Shown piece by piece: positions 8,912 to 18,369 of a stretch of DNA of 64,000 bases; position 1 is the first letter of the stretch, and every line of letters starts with the position of its first letter. This stretch comes from a virus (Duplodnaviria > Caudoviricetes). Both the position numbers and the translations under genes were made by a program. The stretch is taken from the IMG/VR virus record IMGVR_UViG_3300012973_001074, positions 51,532-115,531 of that record. One strand, written 5' to 3'. The notes beneath the pieces were generated by a model. That model did no database searches. It worked only from the letters and a program-made list of their open reading frames with translations, and was not told the origin of the DNA.

Positions 8912-9223
8912 CTATTTCGGCGCGTTCAGCGGGCGGCGGCGCATCCGCTCGATGCGTCGCCGCGTCTGTTCGAGTCCCCGCGAGATAGCCCTCCGCCGAT
9001 CGTCAGGGCTGAGAACGCGAAAGGAGGCAGCACCGGTCGGCGGAGGAGTCTCAGAGATGCGCCGCGTCGGCGGTGGCTCGTCGTCGTCGCGGCAGCCGAC
9101 GAGAGCGCGGAAGCCTGGGGTGCACGGGTCGCGCGCGTCGCACGAGAGCGCGAAGCCTGCGCCGCTTTCCGGCCCGCACGTGCAGTCCTCGCCCATGTCG
9201 CAAGTGAGCGCGTGGACCTTCAC
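8912..9223 (-). CDS. Small Cys-containing hypothetical protein
   Basis: GTGA overlap with the TerL stop; fills the gap before portal. Confidence 0.4.
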   Translation of the reverse strand: MKVHALTCDMGEDCTCGPESGAGFALSCDARDPCTPGFRALVGCRDDDEPPPTRRISETPPPTGAASFRVLSPDDRRRAISRGLEQTRRRIERMRRRPLNAPK

Positions 9224-10608
9224 GTGCCGGTCCTCTTGCCCAGCGCTTCGACCATCGGGTTGACCGTCGAGCAGGCATGCAGCGCCAGGGCGAGGGCCCA
9301 GGCTCGGTCGCCGTGCCCTTCGCTCGTGCGCGGCGTCTCGTACTTGACGTTGCCTGCGCTCGTAATGACGCGCTTGATCGACGCGAGCTCCTTGCGGAGA
9401 AGCTCGGCGGTCTTCGGCTCGGCGAACGGAAGGACCTTGTCCTCGGCGGGGAGCCGGACGTTCTTCGCCGCGGTCGCCGCGTACAGGCCCGTCGCGAGCT
9501 CCTCTTTCATGTTCGGAGTGAAGTCGACGAGCTCGACGCGCGGGCGACGGTGCGGGACGTCGATCCTCTCCGAGTGCTTCCTCTTGATGCGTTCGGCCGG
9601 GAAGTAGCCGAGGCCCGTAGAGTCGATGCAGAGGCGCTTGAGGTGGTACTTCTCGAAGGCGCGCGAGACCATGGCCTCGAGCCCCTCGGAGTCGGTCCGC
9701 TTCATCGTCTCGACGTGGACGACGTAGCGGACGCCTCTCACGAGACGGACGACGAGCAGGACGGACAGGTCGACCTCGCGGCCGATGTCGAGGCCTGCGT
9801 AGTAGTCGCCGTACGCGAGGCCCGGAACGTCGTAGCTGACGCTGCAGGCCTTGATCTGGTCGGTCGGGATGTACTGCAGCTCGTTGTCGAGGAACGAGCA
9901 GCGGAACATCTGCGCGAACAGGCGCGGGTCGCCCTTCGCCAGCTTCCAGCACTTGCGGAGATCGACTGGGTAGCCCTGCGAGATCGCGAGCTCGATCGGA
10001 ATCGAGTGCGGGGCCCATCCGCTGTTCGGCTCGAGGGCCTTTTCCCAGAGGACATGGAAGTCGTTCCCGATGCCGTTCGGCGTCGAGACGACCCGCATCT
10101 TGTAGCCGAGGAGCGTGACGGGCGCGGCCGCGTCCCAGACCTTGGCGGCGTGCTCCTGGTAGGCGAACTCGTCGAGGAAGACGTTGCCGGTGAAGCCGCG
10201 GCCACCGGAGGAGGGGAGCGCGAGGATCCTTCCGCCGCTCGCGAAGGTCAGCTCGTTCGAGTTGTCCTTGCGCCCGAAGCGCGCCATCTCGGAGCCCAGG
10301 GCCTGCAGCACCTGCGCGTGCTTGCGCGCCTTGTCGAGGACCTCGACGGCCTCGCGGTCGCCGACGGAGATGACCGTGGTGAGCTCGCCGTGGAAGGCGC
10401 CCCAGAGAACGCCGACGGCGCTCGTCGTGTGCGAGGTGCCGATCTGGCGAGACTTGTTCGCGATCGCCGCGTCGTTCTGCTCGAACAGCCAGTCGCGCTG
10501 GAACGGGTAGAAGCTGCCGGCCCAGGCGGCGAGCGCCGAGAACTCACTCTCGGGGAGCGCTTGCTGGTACTTCGCCAGCGCCTGCGCCGCTTGACTCGGA
10601 AGCCTCAT
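9220..10608 (-). CDS. terL: Terminase large subunit
   Basis: ANKSRQIGTS (Walker A), VFLDEFAY (Walker B), VSTPNG, YAGLDIGR and HGDRAWALALA nuclease motifs. Confidence 0.93.
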   Translation of the reverse strand: MRLPSQAAQALAKYQQALPESEFSALAAWAGSFYPFQRDWLFEQNDAAIANKSRQIGTSHTTSAVGVLWGAFHGELTTVISVGDREAVEVLDKARKHAQVLQALGSEMARFGRKDNSNELTFASGGRILALPSSGGRGFTGNVFLDEFAYQEHAAKVWDAAAPVTLLGYKMRVVSTPNGIGNDFHVLWEKALEPNSGWAPHSIPIELAISQGYPVDLRKCWKLAKGDPRLFAQMFRCSFLDNELQYIPTDQIKACSVSYDVPGLAYGDYYAGLDIGREVDLSVLLVVRLVRGVRYVVHVETMKRTDSEGLEAMVSRAFEKYHLKRLCIDSTGLGYFPAERIKRKHSERIDVPHRRPRVELVDFTPNMKEELATGLYAATAAKNVRLPAEDKVLPFAEPKTAELLRKELASIKRVITSAGNVKYETPRTSEGHGDRAWALALALHACSTVNPMVEALGKRTGT

Positions 10609-11164
10609 CCGGTGGTCCCTGCTGCTCGGGCGGCGGCGGCGGCGGTTGCTCGAGCCACGCGGGATCGATGGGCGCCGGCGGGACCGTGACCTCGCCGACG
10701 GCGGGGCCTCGCGCGCCGTGCTCGCCGAAGAGCTCCCGCACGAGGCGGGCGGCCTCGACGACCGTGGGCGCGTCGCCCATGAGCGGGCCGCCGTTTGCGC
10801 CGGTGAGCTGCTGCTGTTTCGGCGCGTCGAGCCCGAGGTACGCGGAGATCCGCGTCTGGATGGCGAGCATCCGGTCGATGGCGGCGAGCTCGCCACGCTG
10901 AGCGCGCTGGTAGAGACCGCCGCGCAGGACCGCTTCGAGCCTCGCGACCTCGATCCAGCGCTGCTCGTCGACCGTCTCGTTCGCCTCCTGCCGGAGTCGC
11001 TCGACTGCCTTGCGGAACACCTTGAAGGGACCGGACGCGTTCGCGTAGCCGAGCTCCTTCGCGATCATCGACCACGTGAGCCCGGCGCGCCGGCGCTGGA
11101 TGATCGACTCTTCGAGCTCGAGGTTCGCGACCTCGCCCGCGTCACGCTTCGACGTGTTGCCCAT
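10544..11164 (-). CDS. terS: Probable terminase small subunit (HTH)
   Basis: RRRAGLTWSMIAKELGY HTH, LGLDAP..LTGANGGPL tail; directly upstream of TerL. Confidence 0.75.
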   Translation of the reverse strand: MGNTSKRDAGEVANLELEESIIQRRRAGLTWSMIAKELGYANASGPFKVFRKAVERLRQEANETVDEQRWIEVARLEAVLRGGLYQRAQRGELAAIDRMLAIQTRISAYLGLDAPKQQQLTGANGGPLMGDAPTVVEAARLVRELFGEHGARGPAVGEVTVPPAPIDPAWLEQPPPPPPEQQGPPDEASESSGAGAGEVPASAPRE

Positions 11165-11798
11165 CGGTTCGCTCGCGGTGCGCGGCGCCGAGTCCTTCGA
11201 AGACTATCGCCGTATACGTCTGCTTGTTCGAGCCCTTGCCCGTGCTGCCGCCGCTCGCGTTCCAGGCCTGCAGCGGGTGGACGTTCGAACGCGCGAAGAA
11301 CGAGCGGATCGCCATCGGCGTGATCGCGACGTCGGCCTTGCGCCCGACCTTCAGCGACCCGAGACCGGACAGGCTCGCGAGCGCGTGGCTCGCGAAGCCC
11401 CAGCGCGTCTTGAGGTCCGACCACGTGAGGATGACCGCGCCGCGTTCGCCCGCTTGCCAGGTGCGGCGCACGCTGAGGATCGTGAGCTGCTCCCACGGCT
11501 CGCCGAACGCGTCGAGGTCGAAGACGTTGTACGCCTGGAGATCGATCGCGCGCATGACCGTGCGGTTGTCGCCGACGAAGCGCCGCCGCGGATCGAACGG
11601 CTCGTAGACCTCGTCGCATCCGACGTACGAGGCAGCGCGCTTCCAGACGGCTCGCCACATCTCGCCGCTCGGGCCGCAGTACGCATCGAACACATGGGCC
11701 GGCTTCACGTGCTCGAGCACGCTCATGCGCATGCCGACCTTCGCCCTGAGCGCGAGAGCGCCGTTGTGCTCTCCCTTGATCCGATCCGCGCGGCTCAT
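11142..11798 (-). CDS. SAM-dependent methyltransferase-like protein
   Basis: VFDAYCGPSG (motif I-like), YVGCD, FDLDAFGEPW. Confidence 0.65.
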   Translation of the reverse strand: MSRADRIKGEHNGALALRAKVGMRMSVLEHVKPAHVFDAYCGPSGEMWRAVWKRAASYVGCDEVYEPFDPRRRFVGDNRTVMRAIDLQAYNVFDLDAFGEPWEQLTILSVRRTWQAGERGAVILTWSDLKTRWGFASHALASLSGLGSLKVGRKADVAITPMAIRSFFARSNVHPLQAWNASGGSTGKGSNKQTYTAIVFEGLGAAHRERTDGQHVEA

Positions 11799-12493
11799 CC
11801 GGTACCGATCTGGACCTCGACGCCGTCGATGCCCGAGAGGTGCTCGCGGAGCGCGTCGAGCACGTCGGGCTGAGCGGGCAGGGGACCGCGCACGCTGATC
11901 CAGAACGTGACCCGTTCGAGCGCCTCGATGTCAACGGCGTGGACCTCGAGCTCGGAGGCCTCGACCTTCTCCGGTTCGAAGCCGGCGATCGCGCGGTCCT
12001 CGTCGTCGTAGCGCGCGAGGACCTCGTCGAGCCGCTTGCCGTCCCAGTCGGACAGCTCGTTCAAGCGGTTGTCGGCGAGCGCGTAGAGGTCGGCCTCCTC
12101 CTCGCTCGCGAAGTCGTGGAAGACGACGCGCACGAGCCCGGGGCCGGGTGCGCCCTTCGCCGTGAAGCCCGGTCCGTGCTGCTCGAGCAGCAGCCGGAAG
12201 GCGAGCAGGCGGGTGTCGCCGGCGACCATCCGCCCGGCCTTGCGCCAGACGACGATCGGATTGACGAAGCCGAAGCGCTCGATGCTCGCGGCGACGCGGG
12301 GGACGTTCGCCTCGTTGTCGCGCGGGTTCGACTCCCATCGCTTCAGCTCGGCGTGGGGGAGCCAGACGCTGTCGGAGTCCTGCACGGCCTTGGCCACGTT
12401 GGCGGTCTTGCCGCTCGGCGGGGCCACCACGTCGGGCGGGGTTGCCGGAGCGCCGCCGTTTCCTGCCGTACGCTTTTCCGCCGCTCTCGCCAT
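11795..12493 (-). CDS. ParB/Srx N-terminal domain protein
   Basis: NPRDN..VAASIERFGFVNPIVV..MVAGDTRL, YALADNRLNELSDWD. Confidence 0.88.
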   Translation of the reverse strand: MARAAEKRTAGNGGAPATPPDVVAPPSGKTANVAKAVQDSDSVWLPHAELKRWESNPRDNEANVPRVAASIERFGFVNPIVVWRKAGRMVAGDTRLLAFRLLLEQHGPGFTAKGAPGPGLVRVVFHDFASEEEADLYALADNRLNELSDWDGKRLDEVLARYDDEDRAIAGFEPEKVEASELEVHAVDIEALERVTFWISVRGPLPAQPDVLDALREHLSGIDGVEVQIGTG

Positions 12494-12864
12494 GCGTGCG
12501 CTCGCTTGCGCTCTCGGTTCTCGCTGCAATGTCGCCAGGTTGCACTGCGACAAGGAGCCGGTGGACGGCGCCGCTGCATCAGCTCGGTCGTTTCCGACCT
12601 AAGCGCGACTCTGCGACGCCGCCCACCGAAGGAGAGGACCGTGAGCAATCGTGACGTGCCGTCGCAGCGGTGACGACGAACCGGCGGGCGCGGCCTTGCG
12701 ACCGTGCCGGCTGCGCCCTTGCGAGCGCCCATATAAGAGAGCTGCGTCGAACGGCGCTAGTTGACCCTAGTTGCACTTATCACGCATCTCGGTCGCGTCG
12801 CTTTCGCGCGCGGGCTCGCGAGGGAAAACGCGGAGTCGGGCACATAGGAGCGCGAGCGCTTCGG

Positions 12865-12897
12865 GAACGGTTCGCCGAACGGTTCCCGGAACGGTTC
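12865..12897. repeat. Three GAACGGTTC palindromic units at 12-bp period
   Basis: Copies at 12865, 12877 and 12889 in the divergent intergenic region. Confidence 0.8.
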
Positions 12898-13073
12898 CGG
12901 AGTCCCCGCAGAACCCGAAGAGCGCGCCCTTCGCGAAGAGGCGCCGTTCGCTTCTCAAGCGGGGAACACGCACCGCACCGGTCGCGCGTCAAGCTCCCTG
13001 CGTGCTCTCGCTTCCGTGTCTGGCGACGAGAAACCGCGCACTTTCCAATGGTTGCGGGTGAACACCCACCTAT

Positions 13074-13126
13074 TTCGGACGTCCCGTCCGAATGTCGCTC
13101 GACATTGCCAATTAGCAACCCATAAT
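13074..13126 (+). promoter_or_regulatory. Perfect operator TTCGGAC-N5-GTCCGAA followed by a TCGACA/CATAAT promoter with a TTGCCAATTAGCAA palindrome in its spacer
   Basis: Read directly; upstream of the 13176 gene. Confidence 0.7.
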
Positions 13127-13175
13127 GCTCAGTGTCTCCGGCGCGGAACGCCGGGGGCGAGGAGAAGTGAGCGAT

Positions 13176-14150
13176 ATGGCACGCAGGAAGTTTGCAGACA
13201 TCAAGGCCGCCAACGACGCCGCGCGAGAAGCGCTCATCCAGGCCGCGGGTAAGCCCGGCCTCGCGAAGACGAGCGGCGACCATCTCGGTGACCTCGCGTG
13301 GTGGGACCCGGTGTTCGGTTGGAAGGGCCCGGTCGCGGACGTCGCGGCCGTCTTCCGCAAGCACGGTTTCGATCCGGACCAGGTCCTGCCGGCGAGCCCG
13401 GACTGGCCGGTGGCCTTCGGCCGCGCGGTGACCCACGTGCGCGGCGGTCTGCGCGATCGCGACTACCTCCTGACCGATGCGGCCAACGGTCCGAATGGCG
13501 AGCGGCGCGTCGCGGTCGTGAAGGTCGAGCGAAACAGCAAGGTCTCGACCACGCACGAGGGCTCGATCGTCTGCCCGAAAGACGGCGCGAAGCCCTACGT
13601 CGAGCAGGAAGATCCGGCCGGCATCGCCTCCGAGGTCATCGCGGCGGCGGGCAACTACTTCGGCCGCTACATCTCGGACGACGTTCGAACAGCGGTCGTC
13701 GAGACCTTCGAACGGCACGCGGCGATGCCTTGCCGGGCACGCATCCCTTACATCGTTTACTGGATGCCTCCGTCGGGCGGCGACGTCCTGCGCCGGCTCG
13801 CGGACGCGGTCGAGGAGTGCGGCTGGGGCCGCATCGAGCTCTTCGCCGGGTACGTCAGCGACGAGCGCTCGAAGCGCGCGTGCGTGAACGCGGTCAACGA
13901 TGGCCTGGAGAGCAAGCTCAAGGCCTTCGGTGAGGAGGTCGCGAAGTACGCCGGCCAGGACCCGGAGCGGACCCGCGCGAAGACGATCGAGGCGAAGCTC
14001 GACGACGCCAAGAAGCTCCGCGCCCAGGGCGCCCTCTACCGCACGATCCTCGGCGCGGCGGTCGAGAGCATCGACGAACGCATGACCGCGATCGAGAACT
14101 CCCTGAAGGAGACACTCGGTCTGGTCGAGGCGGCCCACGCCGCGGAGTGA
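13176..14150 (+). CDS. DUF6744/DUF3150-like protein (usual partner of AAA + vWA)
   Basis: HLGDLAWW..HGFD..LP..AFGRAV N-terminus; coiled C-terminus. Confidence 0.65.
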   Translation: MARRKFADIKAANDAAREALIQAAGKPGLAKTSGDHLGDLAWWDPVFGWKGPVADVAAVFRKHGFDPDQVLPASPDWPVAFGRAVTHVRGGLRDRDYLLTDAANGPNGERRVAVVKVERNSKVSTTHEGSIVCPKDGAKPYVEQEDPAGIASEVIAAAGNYFGRYISDDVRTAVVETFERHAAMPCRARIPYIVYWMPPSGGDVLRRLADAVEECGWGRIELFAGYVSDERSKRACVNAVNDGLESKLKAFGEEVAKYAGQDPERTRAKTIEAKLDDAKKLRAQGALYRTILGAAVESIDERMTAIENSLKETLGLVEAAHAAE

Positions 14151-14184
14151 GGGGGCCCGGCTCGGGCCGCGCGGGGTGCGCGGC

Positions 14185-14230
14185 CCCTGAGGTCGACCGG
14201 GAAGCGGGCGCTTCGCGGTCGACCTCAGGG
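14185..14230 (+). other. Long intergenic hairpin (15-bp perfect stem)
   Basis: CCCTGAGGTCGACCG ... CGGTCGACCTCAGGG, overlapping the next RBS. Confidence 0.75.
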
Positions 14231-14239
14231 AGAGACCCA

Positions 14240-14605
14240 ATGGCAACAACGAGAAGTGAAGAGCTGACTCACGAGGTCACCACGATCGCGACTCAGCTCG
14301 CGAAGGCTCGGTCGGACGTCACGCTTCGCGAGGTCCTGAACCTCGTGGTGCGCTCCGACGGCGGAATGCGCCGGGAGTTCTTCCGGGTGCGCCTCGTCAT
14401 CCGTTCGAACAGCTACCGCGACCAATGCTCCGCGCAGATCGATGTCTGGCGCGGCCAGTGGCACGAGGTGCATTCGATCGAGCCCGAATGCATGAACACC
14501 GCGGCCAAGCTCAGTAGCGACGCCTCGGTCAGAGGCGAGGCCTTCGCCCTGGATCGCGCCGAGCTGCTCCGCGTGGCGGCGGCGGTCCTTCACGTGGAGC
14601 GCTGA
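14240..14605 (+). CDS. Hypothetical phage protein
   Basis: GGGAGAG RBS; operonic spacing. Confidence 0.65.
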   Translation: MATTRSEELTHEVTTIATQLAKARSDVTLREVLNLVVRSDGGMRREFFRVRLVIRSNSYRDQCSAQIDVWRGQWHEVHSIEPECMNTAAKLSSDASVRGEAFALDRAELLRVAAAVLHVER

Positions 14606-14607
14606 CC

Positions 14608-15000
14608 ATGAACGCCGATCGCAAACAGCTCGAATCGCTCGTCTGGCGTCACACGCATCGGGACTTCAAGGGCAAGCGCGAGGACGGCACCCGCTGCGTC
14701 AATCATCTCGTGCCGGAGTACGGGACCTGCTCGGTCCCGCTCGCGTCGCTCACCGATGCCGAGCTGCTCGGAAAGCTCCCGGCGCGTGTCCGCGCTGAGG
14801 TACGCGCGGAGCCCGACCGGCTCGAGTACCAGGAGCACGATCGCGAGCGCGCGATCGCGGACGTCGCCCGGATGCTCCGCTCGCCGATGCTCATCGCGTC
14901 CTCGCCCGATCGCCATGTCGCAATCGAGCTGGCGTACTTCCACAAGGTCACCGCGGCCGAGCTGCTCGAGCACGCCTGTGAGAGGGGAGGGCGCGCATGA
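14608..15000 (+). CDS. Hypothetical phage protein
   Basis: Tight operon spacing. Confidence 0.6.
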   Translation: MNADRKQLESLVWRHTHRDFKGKREDGTRCVNHLVPEYGTCSVPLASLTDAELLGKLPARVRAEVRAEPDRLEYQEHDRERAIADVARMLRSPMLIASSPDRHVAIELAYFHKVTAAELLEHACERGGRA

Positions 15001-15332
15001 AGCGGATCCGCGTCGCGCTCTGGATCGACGTTCCGAGCGAGTATGACCGGAGCGAGGCGGCCGCCGACCTCGCGCGGCTTTTGCCCGAGGGATGGTGCGC
15101 CGTCTCCGGTGAGACGGCCGACGCTCCGTGGTACCGGACCGAGGACGAGGTCGACAGCATCTGCCCGAGCTGCGGGTTCACGGTGCCCGAGCACGGGCCC
15201 TCGTGTCTGACGCGACGGCGCCCGACGCCCGAGCCCCCGGCGGGGCGCGTGGTGCTGGAGTCGCCGATCTCCTGCGGACGCTGCGAGGACCCGCTCTGCC
15301 AGGGCGGGCTCTGCCAGGCCCAGGCCCGATGA
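14997..15332 (+). CDS. Hypothetical Cys-rich (zinc-binding) protein
   Basis: ATGA overlap, GGGAGG RBS, CxxC motifs. Confidence 0.55.
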   Translation: MKRIRVALWIDVPSEYDRSEAAADLARLLPEGWCAVSGETADAPWYRTEDEVDSICPSCGFTVPEHGPSCLTRRRPTPEPPAGRVVLESPISCGRCEDPLCQGGLCQAQAR

Positions 15333-15469
15333 GCGCGCTCTGCAGCTGCGTCGGCTGCGCCGGAGACGCGGCCCGGGGCGGGGTGTGCCGGCGCTGCGCC
15401 TCTCGCGGCTGCGGGCCAGACGAGCCGCGGTGCGGTGAACCATGGGACCGAGAACCAACGGAGGATCGA

Positions 15470-15985
15470 GTGAGCAAGCTGCGCGTCGTCGTCTGCAATT
15501 CCGGAGAGCTCCCTGTCGAGCGCGAGATCGAGCACTCGCTCGAGTCGCTGCAGGCCATCGTCGGAGGCAGCCTCCAGCTCGTTCCGCTCGCCGGCGGTGG
15601 GCGGCTGCGAGGGCTCGACGTCTTCGTGAACGAGGAGGGCCGCTATCTGGAGCTCCCGTTCAATCGCGTCGTCGGCGGCCACGTCATCCTCGGTCCGATC
15701 CTTGTCTCGAAGGCGAACGCTCGCGGCGACCAGATCCCGCTAACGCCGGACGACGTTGCGAGCGCCATCGCGGCGCTCGGCGCCGAGCAGGTCGCGATCG
15801 TCGACGCGGAGGGCGCGCTCCTCGCGGTCCGCGCGCGCGGCCAGTGGCTCTGCCCCTACGGCGGGACGTTCACCGCGCGAGAGCTGCGCAACCTGGATGC
15901 GCTCGTCGCCGGCGAGATCGACGCGGCGAGTCTCGGGCTCCGCGTCCACCGCACGCCGACGATCGCTTCTCCAGTCACGTCATGA
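15470..15985 (+). CDS. DUF3846-like protein (could start at in-frame ATG 15329)
   Basis: LESLQAIVGG..VFVNEEGR..LPFNR..ILGPILV. Confidence 0.75.
   Translation: MSKLRVVVCNSGELPVEREIEHSLESLQAIVGGSLQLVPLAGGGRLRGLDVFVNEEGRYLELPFNRVVGGHVILGPILVSKANARGDQIPLTPDDVASAIAALGAEQVAIVDAEGALLAVRARGQWLCPYGGTFTARELRNLDALVAGEIDAASLGLRVHRTPTIASPVTS
15926..15951 (+). repeat. 26-bp direct repeat, left copy
   Basis: GCGAGTCTCGGGCTCCGCGTCCACCG, identical at 20297-20322. Confidence 0.85.
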
Positions 15986-16159
15986 CGTTCTTCGCCCATG
16001 GCCGACCAGTCGGCCGGCAGGCAGCTCGGCTGCGTGAAAAGAAGCGTTCGACACTCCGTGCGCGCGAGGCCGGTCCTCGCCACCGACCGCACCCGCAGTC
16101 GCATCCAACGGTGCCGCACCCCCGACTGCACGACGGATGCAGGCTCGACGTGATGCGCT

Positions 16160-17269
16160 CTACTGCAGCTTCACGACTGGATGAGCGCGTGGTTGAGGCG
16201 CACCAGGAAAGGCCGCGAAACACACGCGATCGCCGACAACGACCGTATCCCCGTACACGCTAACCGTGTGGAAGAAGATCTCTCGCCCCTTGGCATCGTT
16301 GATGAACCCGAACGCATACGGGCCGAAGGGGAGGCTGCGGACGACTCCTTCTTGCCGAGGAGCAGACGAGTAGCAAAGCGCACTGCACGCTGCGCTTAGC
16401 TCGTCTGCGGTCAAGCGCGCCTCGGGATCGACCACGACGCACTTCAGAACGAGCTGATACAGCTCGTCGATGAGCGGAGCGAATTGGGGCTTACGGCGCG
16501 CGAGGGGAAATGGCGGGACCTTGCCTTCGAGGATGAGCGGGACAGCCTTGAGACCACTGCCAAATGGCTTCGTCCCCGTGAGCAGTTCGTAACAGATCGC
16601 CCCCAGGGCCCAGACGTCAGTCGGTTTCCCGCTCTTGCTGGGGGTCTTGATCATCTCGGGAGACATGTACGGGAGCGCTCCAACCGCCGTCTGGCTCGCC
16701 GTCAGCGATTGGTCGTCTTCGGCCGCTGCCTTCAGCTCTTCTTCGGCCATCTTCGCGATACCGAAGTCGGTGATCTTCACGACGGCCAACGACAAGCCCG
16801 GCGAGACCATGATGTTGCTCGGCTTCAGGTCGCGATGCACGACGTCGACGTGGTGCGATGCGGCAACTCCGTGCGCGAGGTAATGTAGAATGTGCGCGAC
16901 GAGGTACGGATCCATCAGGGGCAGCCGAACGCGCAGGTCATGCAGGTCCTGTCCCTCGATGAACTCTTCAATGAGGTACGAACGTCCGCCGTCCTCAAAG
17001 TAATCGAGGGTCTTGGCTGCGTTCGGGTGGTTCACCTTGGCGCTCAGCAACGCGCTTCGCTTGAAGCGGCGCTCCGCCGAAGCATTCTTGGGCACCTTGA
17101 GCGCGACCACTCGATCCAGCGTCTGATCGAGCGCCTTGTAGACCTCCTGCATGCCGCCGGCCCCGATGGAGCCAACGACCTCGTACCGACCACCGAGAAC
17201 CTCGCCGACCTGATGGATCGCGTTCTCGCGTCGGCGCGCAGGGGGGATGTTGGGCGGAGTCGTGCTCAC
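16160..17269 (-). CDS. Ser/Thr kinase with C-terminal cold-shock domain (KKP module)
   Basis: GAGGMQEV, VALK, HRDLKPSN, DFG, YMSPE; CSD FGFI..EIFFH..GDRV. Confidence 0.92.
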   Translation of the reverse strand: MSTTPPNIPPARRRENAIHQVGEVLGGRYEVVGSIGAGGMQEVYKALDQTLDRVVALKVPKNASAERRFKRSALLSAKVNHPNAAKTLDYFEDGGRSYLIEEFIEGQDLHDLRVRLPLMDPYLVAHILHYLAHGVAASHHVDVVHRDLKPSNIMVSPGLSLAVVKITDFGIAKMAEEELKAAAEDDQSLTASQTAVGALPYMSPEMIKTPSKSGKPTDVWALGAICYELLTGTKPFGSGLKAVPLILEGKVPPFPLARRKPQFAPLIDELYQLVLKCVVVDPEARLTADELSAACSALCYSSAPRQEGVVRSLPFGPYAFGFINDAKGREIFFHTVSVYGDTVVVGDRVCFAAFPGAPQPRAHPVVKLQ

Positions 17270-18369
17270 GGGACGACGACCTCCGGGCGCGAGATGTCGA
17301 CGGTGACGAAAAGGCGCTGGTTGCCCGGCCCGACGCTACCGAGCGTGAGGACGCAGCTCTCGGGTATGCGCATGTTGACTGTGACGGGGACGTTGTTGAG
17401 GTACACGTCTCCCGCCGCCGCGGTGACGAAAAAGCCGAGGCCGTCATAGTTGATTGTGACGGTGCCGAGACCTGGCTTCTGCACGACTACGGAGCGACGG
17501 GTCGCATCGCACGTGTAGGAGCCACCCGTGTGCGTCAGCAATGCGCGGTGCTGGCCTTCGACGAGGTGAGCCTCGAGCAGCGCACGGACGTCACGCATGT
17601 TCGGTCGGCTAGCCGGGTCCGAGCTGAGGCACGCGTCGAGCAACGGGCAGACTGCCGCGGGGATCGACATCGCGAGTGTTCCGAACCCTCGCGCTTGCAC
17701 CCATGCATCGGGCCGCGGTGGTCTCTCGAGCAGCTCCGCGGATGGCTTGCCCTTCGCGAGACAGATCGCGGTGACAGCGAATGCGTACACATCCACGGCC
17801 TTGGTGAACCGCACGATGCCGGTCGTGTGTAGCTCCGGCGCCGTGAAGCCGTCCGTCCCGACGTAGCCACGCGTTTGCGCGTCCTGGTCCTCGTCCGCGC
17901 GCGCGAGGCCGAAGTCGAAGATTTTGAGGATGTTCTCTTGGTCGTAGCGAACGTTGTTCGGCTTGATGTCGCGGTGGATGCGGTCCTGGGCGTGGATGTC
18001 CTCGAGGCCGCGCGCGAGCTGATAGAGCACGCGCAGGAACTGCTCCGGCGTTGGCGCCGTCTTCCAGAAGCCGGAGAGATCGTTCCCAGGAAGGAACTCC
18101 TGCACGATCCCGATCTGGTTCCCGGGTTGGTGGATCACCACGTCGTAGAGCTGCACGACGTGCTTGGACCGGATCGCCTGCAGCGCGCGAACCTCGTCGA
18201 GAACGCGACGTTTGTCTCGCCCCGGCAGGAGGAATTTGATCGCGACCCTGCGCTCGAGCTGCGGGTCAATGCAAAACTCGACGGAGCCCATCCCGCCCGC
18301 AGCGGACGGCGTCCCGTCCGGAATGTATCGCCCCCCAAAGGCGGCCGTGTTCGACGCGATGCTGGTCAT
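17266..18369 (-). CDS. Ser/Thr kinase with C-terminal FHA-like beta domain (KKP module)
   Basis: HRDIKPNN, DFGLAR, TAPE; C-terminal GDVYLNN..SCVLTLG. Confidence 0.9.
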   Translation of the reverse strand: MTSIASNTAAFGGRYIPDGTPSAAGGMGSVEFCIDPQLERRVAIKFLLPGRDKRRVLDEVRALQAIRSKHVVQLYDVVIHQPGNQIGIVQEFLPGNDLSGFWKTAPTPEQFLRVLYQLARGLEDIHAQDRIHRDIKPNNVRYDQENILKIFDFGLARADEDQDAQTRGYVGTDGFTAPELHTTGIVRFTKAVDVYAFAVTAICLAKGKPSAELLERPPRPDAWVQARGFGTLAMSIPAAVCPLLDACLSSDPASRPNMRDVRALLEAHLVEGQHRALLTHTGGSYTCDATRRSVVVQKPGLGTVTINYDGLGFFVTAAAGDVYLNNVPVTVNMRIPESCVLTLGSVGPGNQRLFVTVDISRPEVVVP

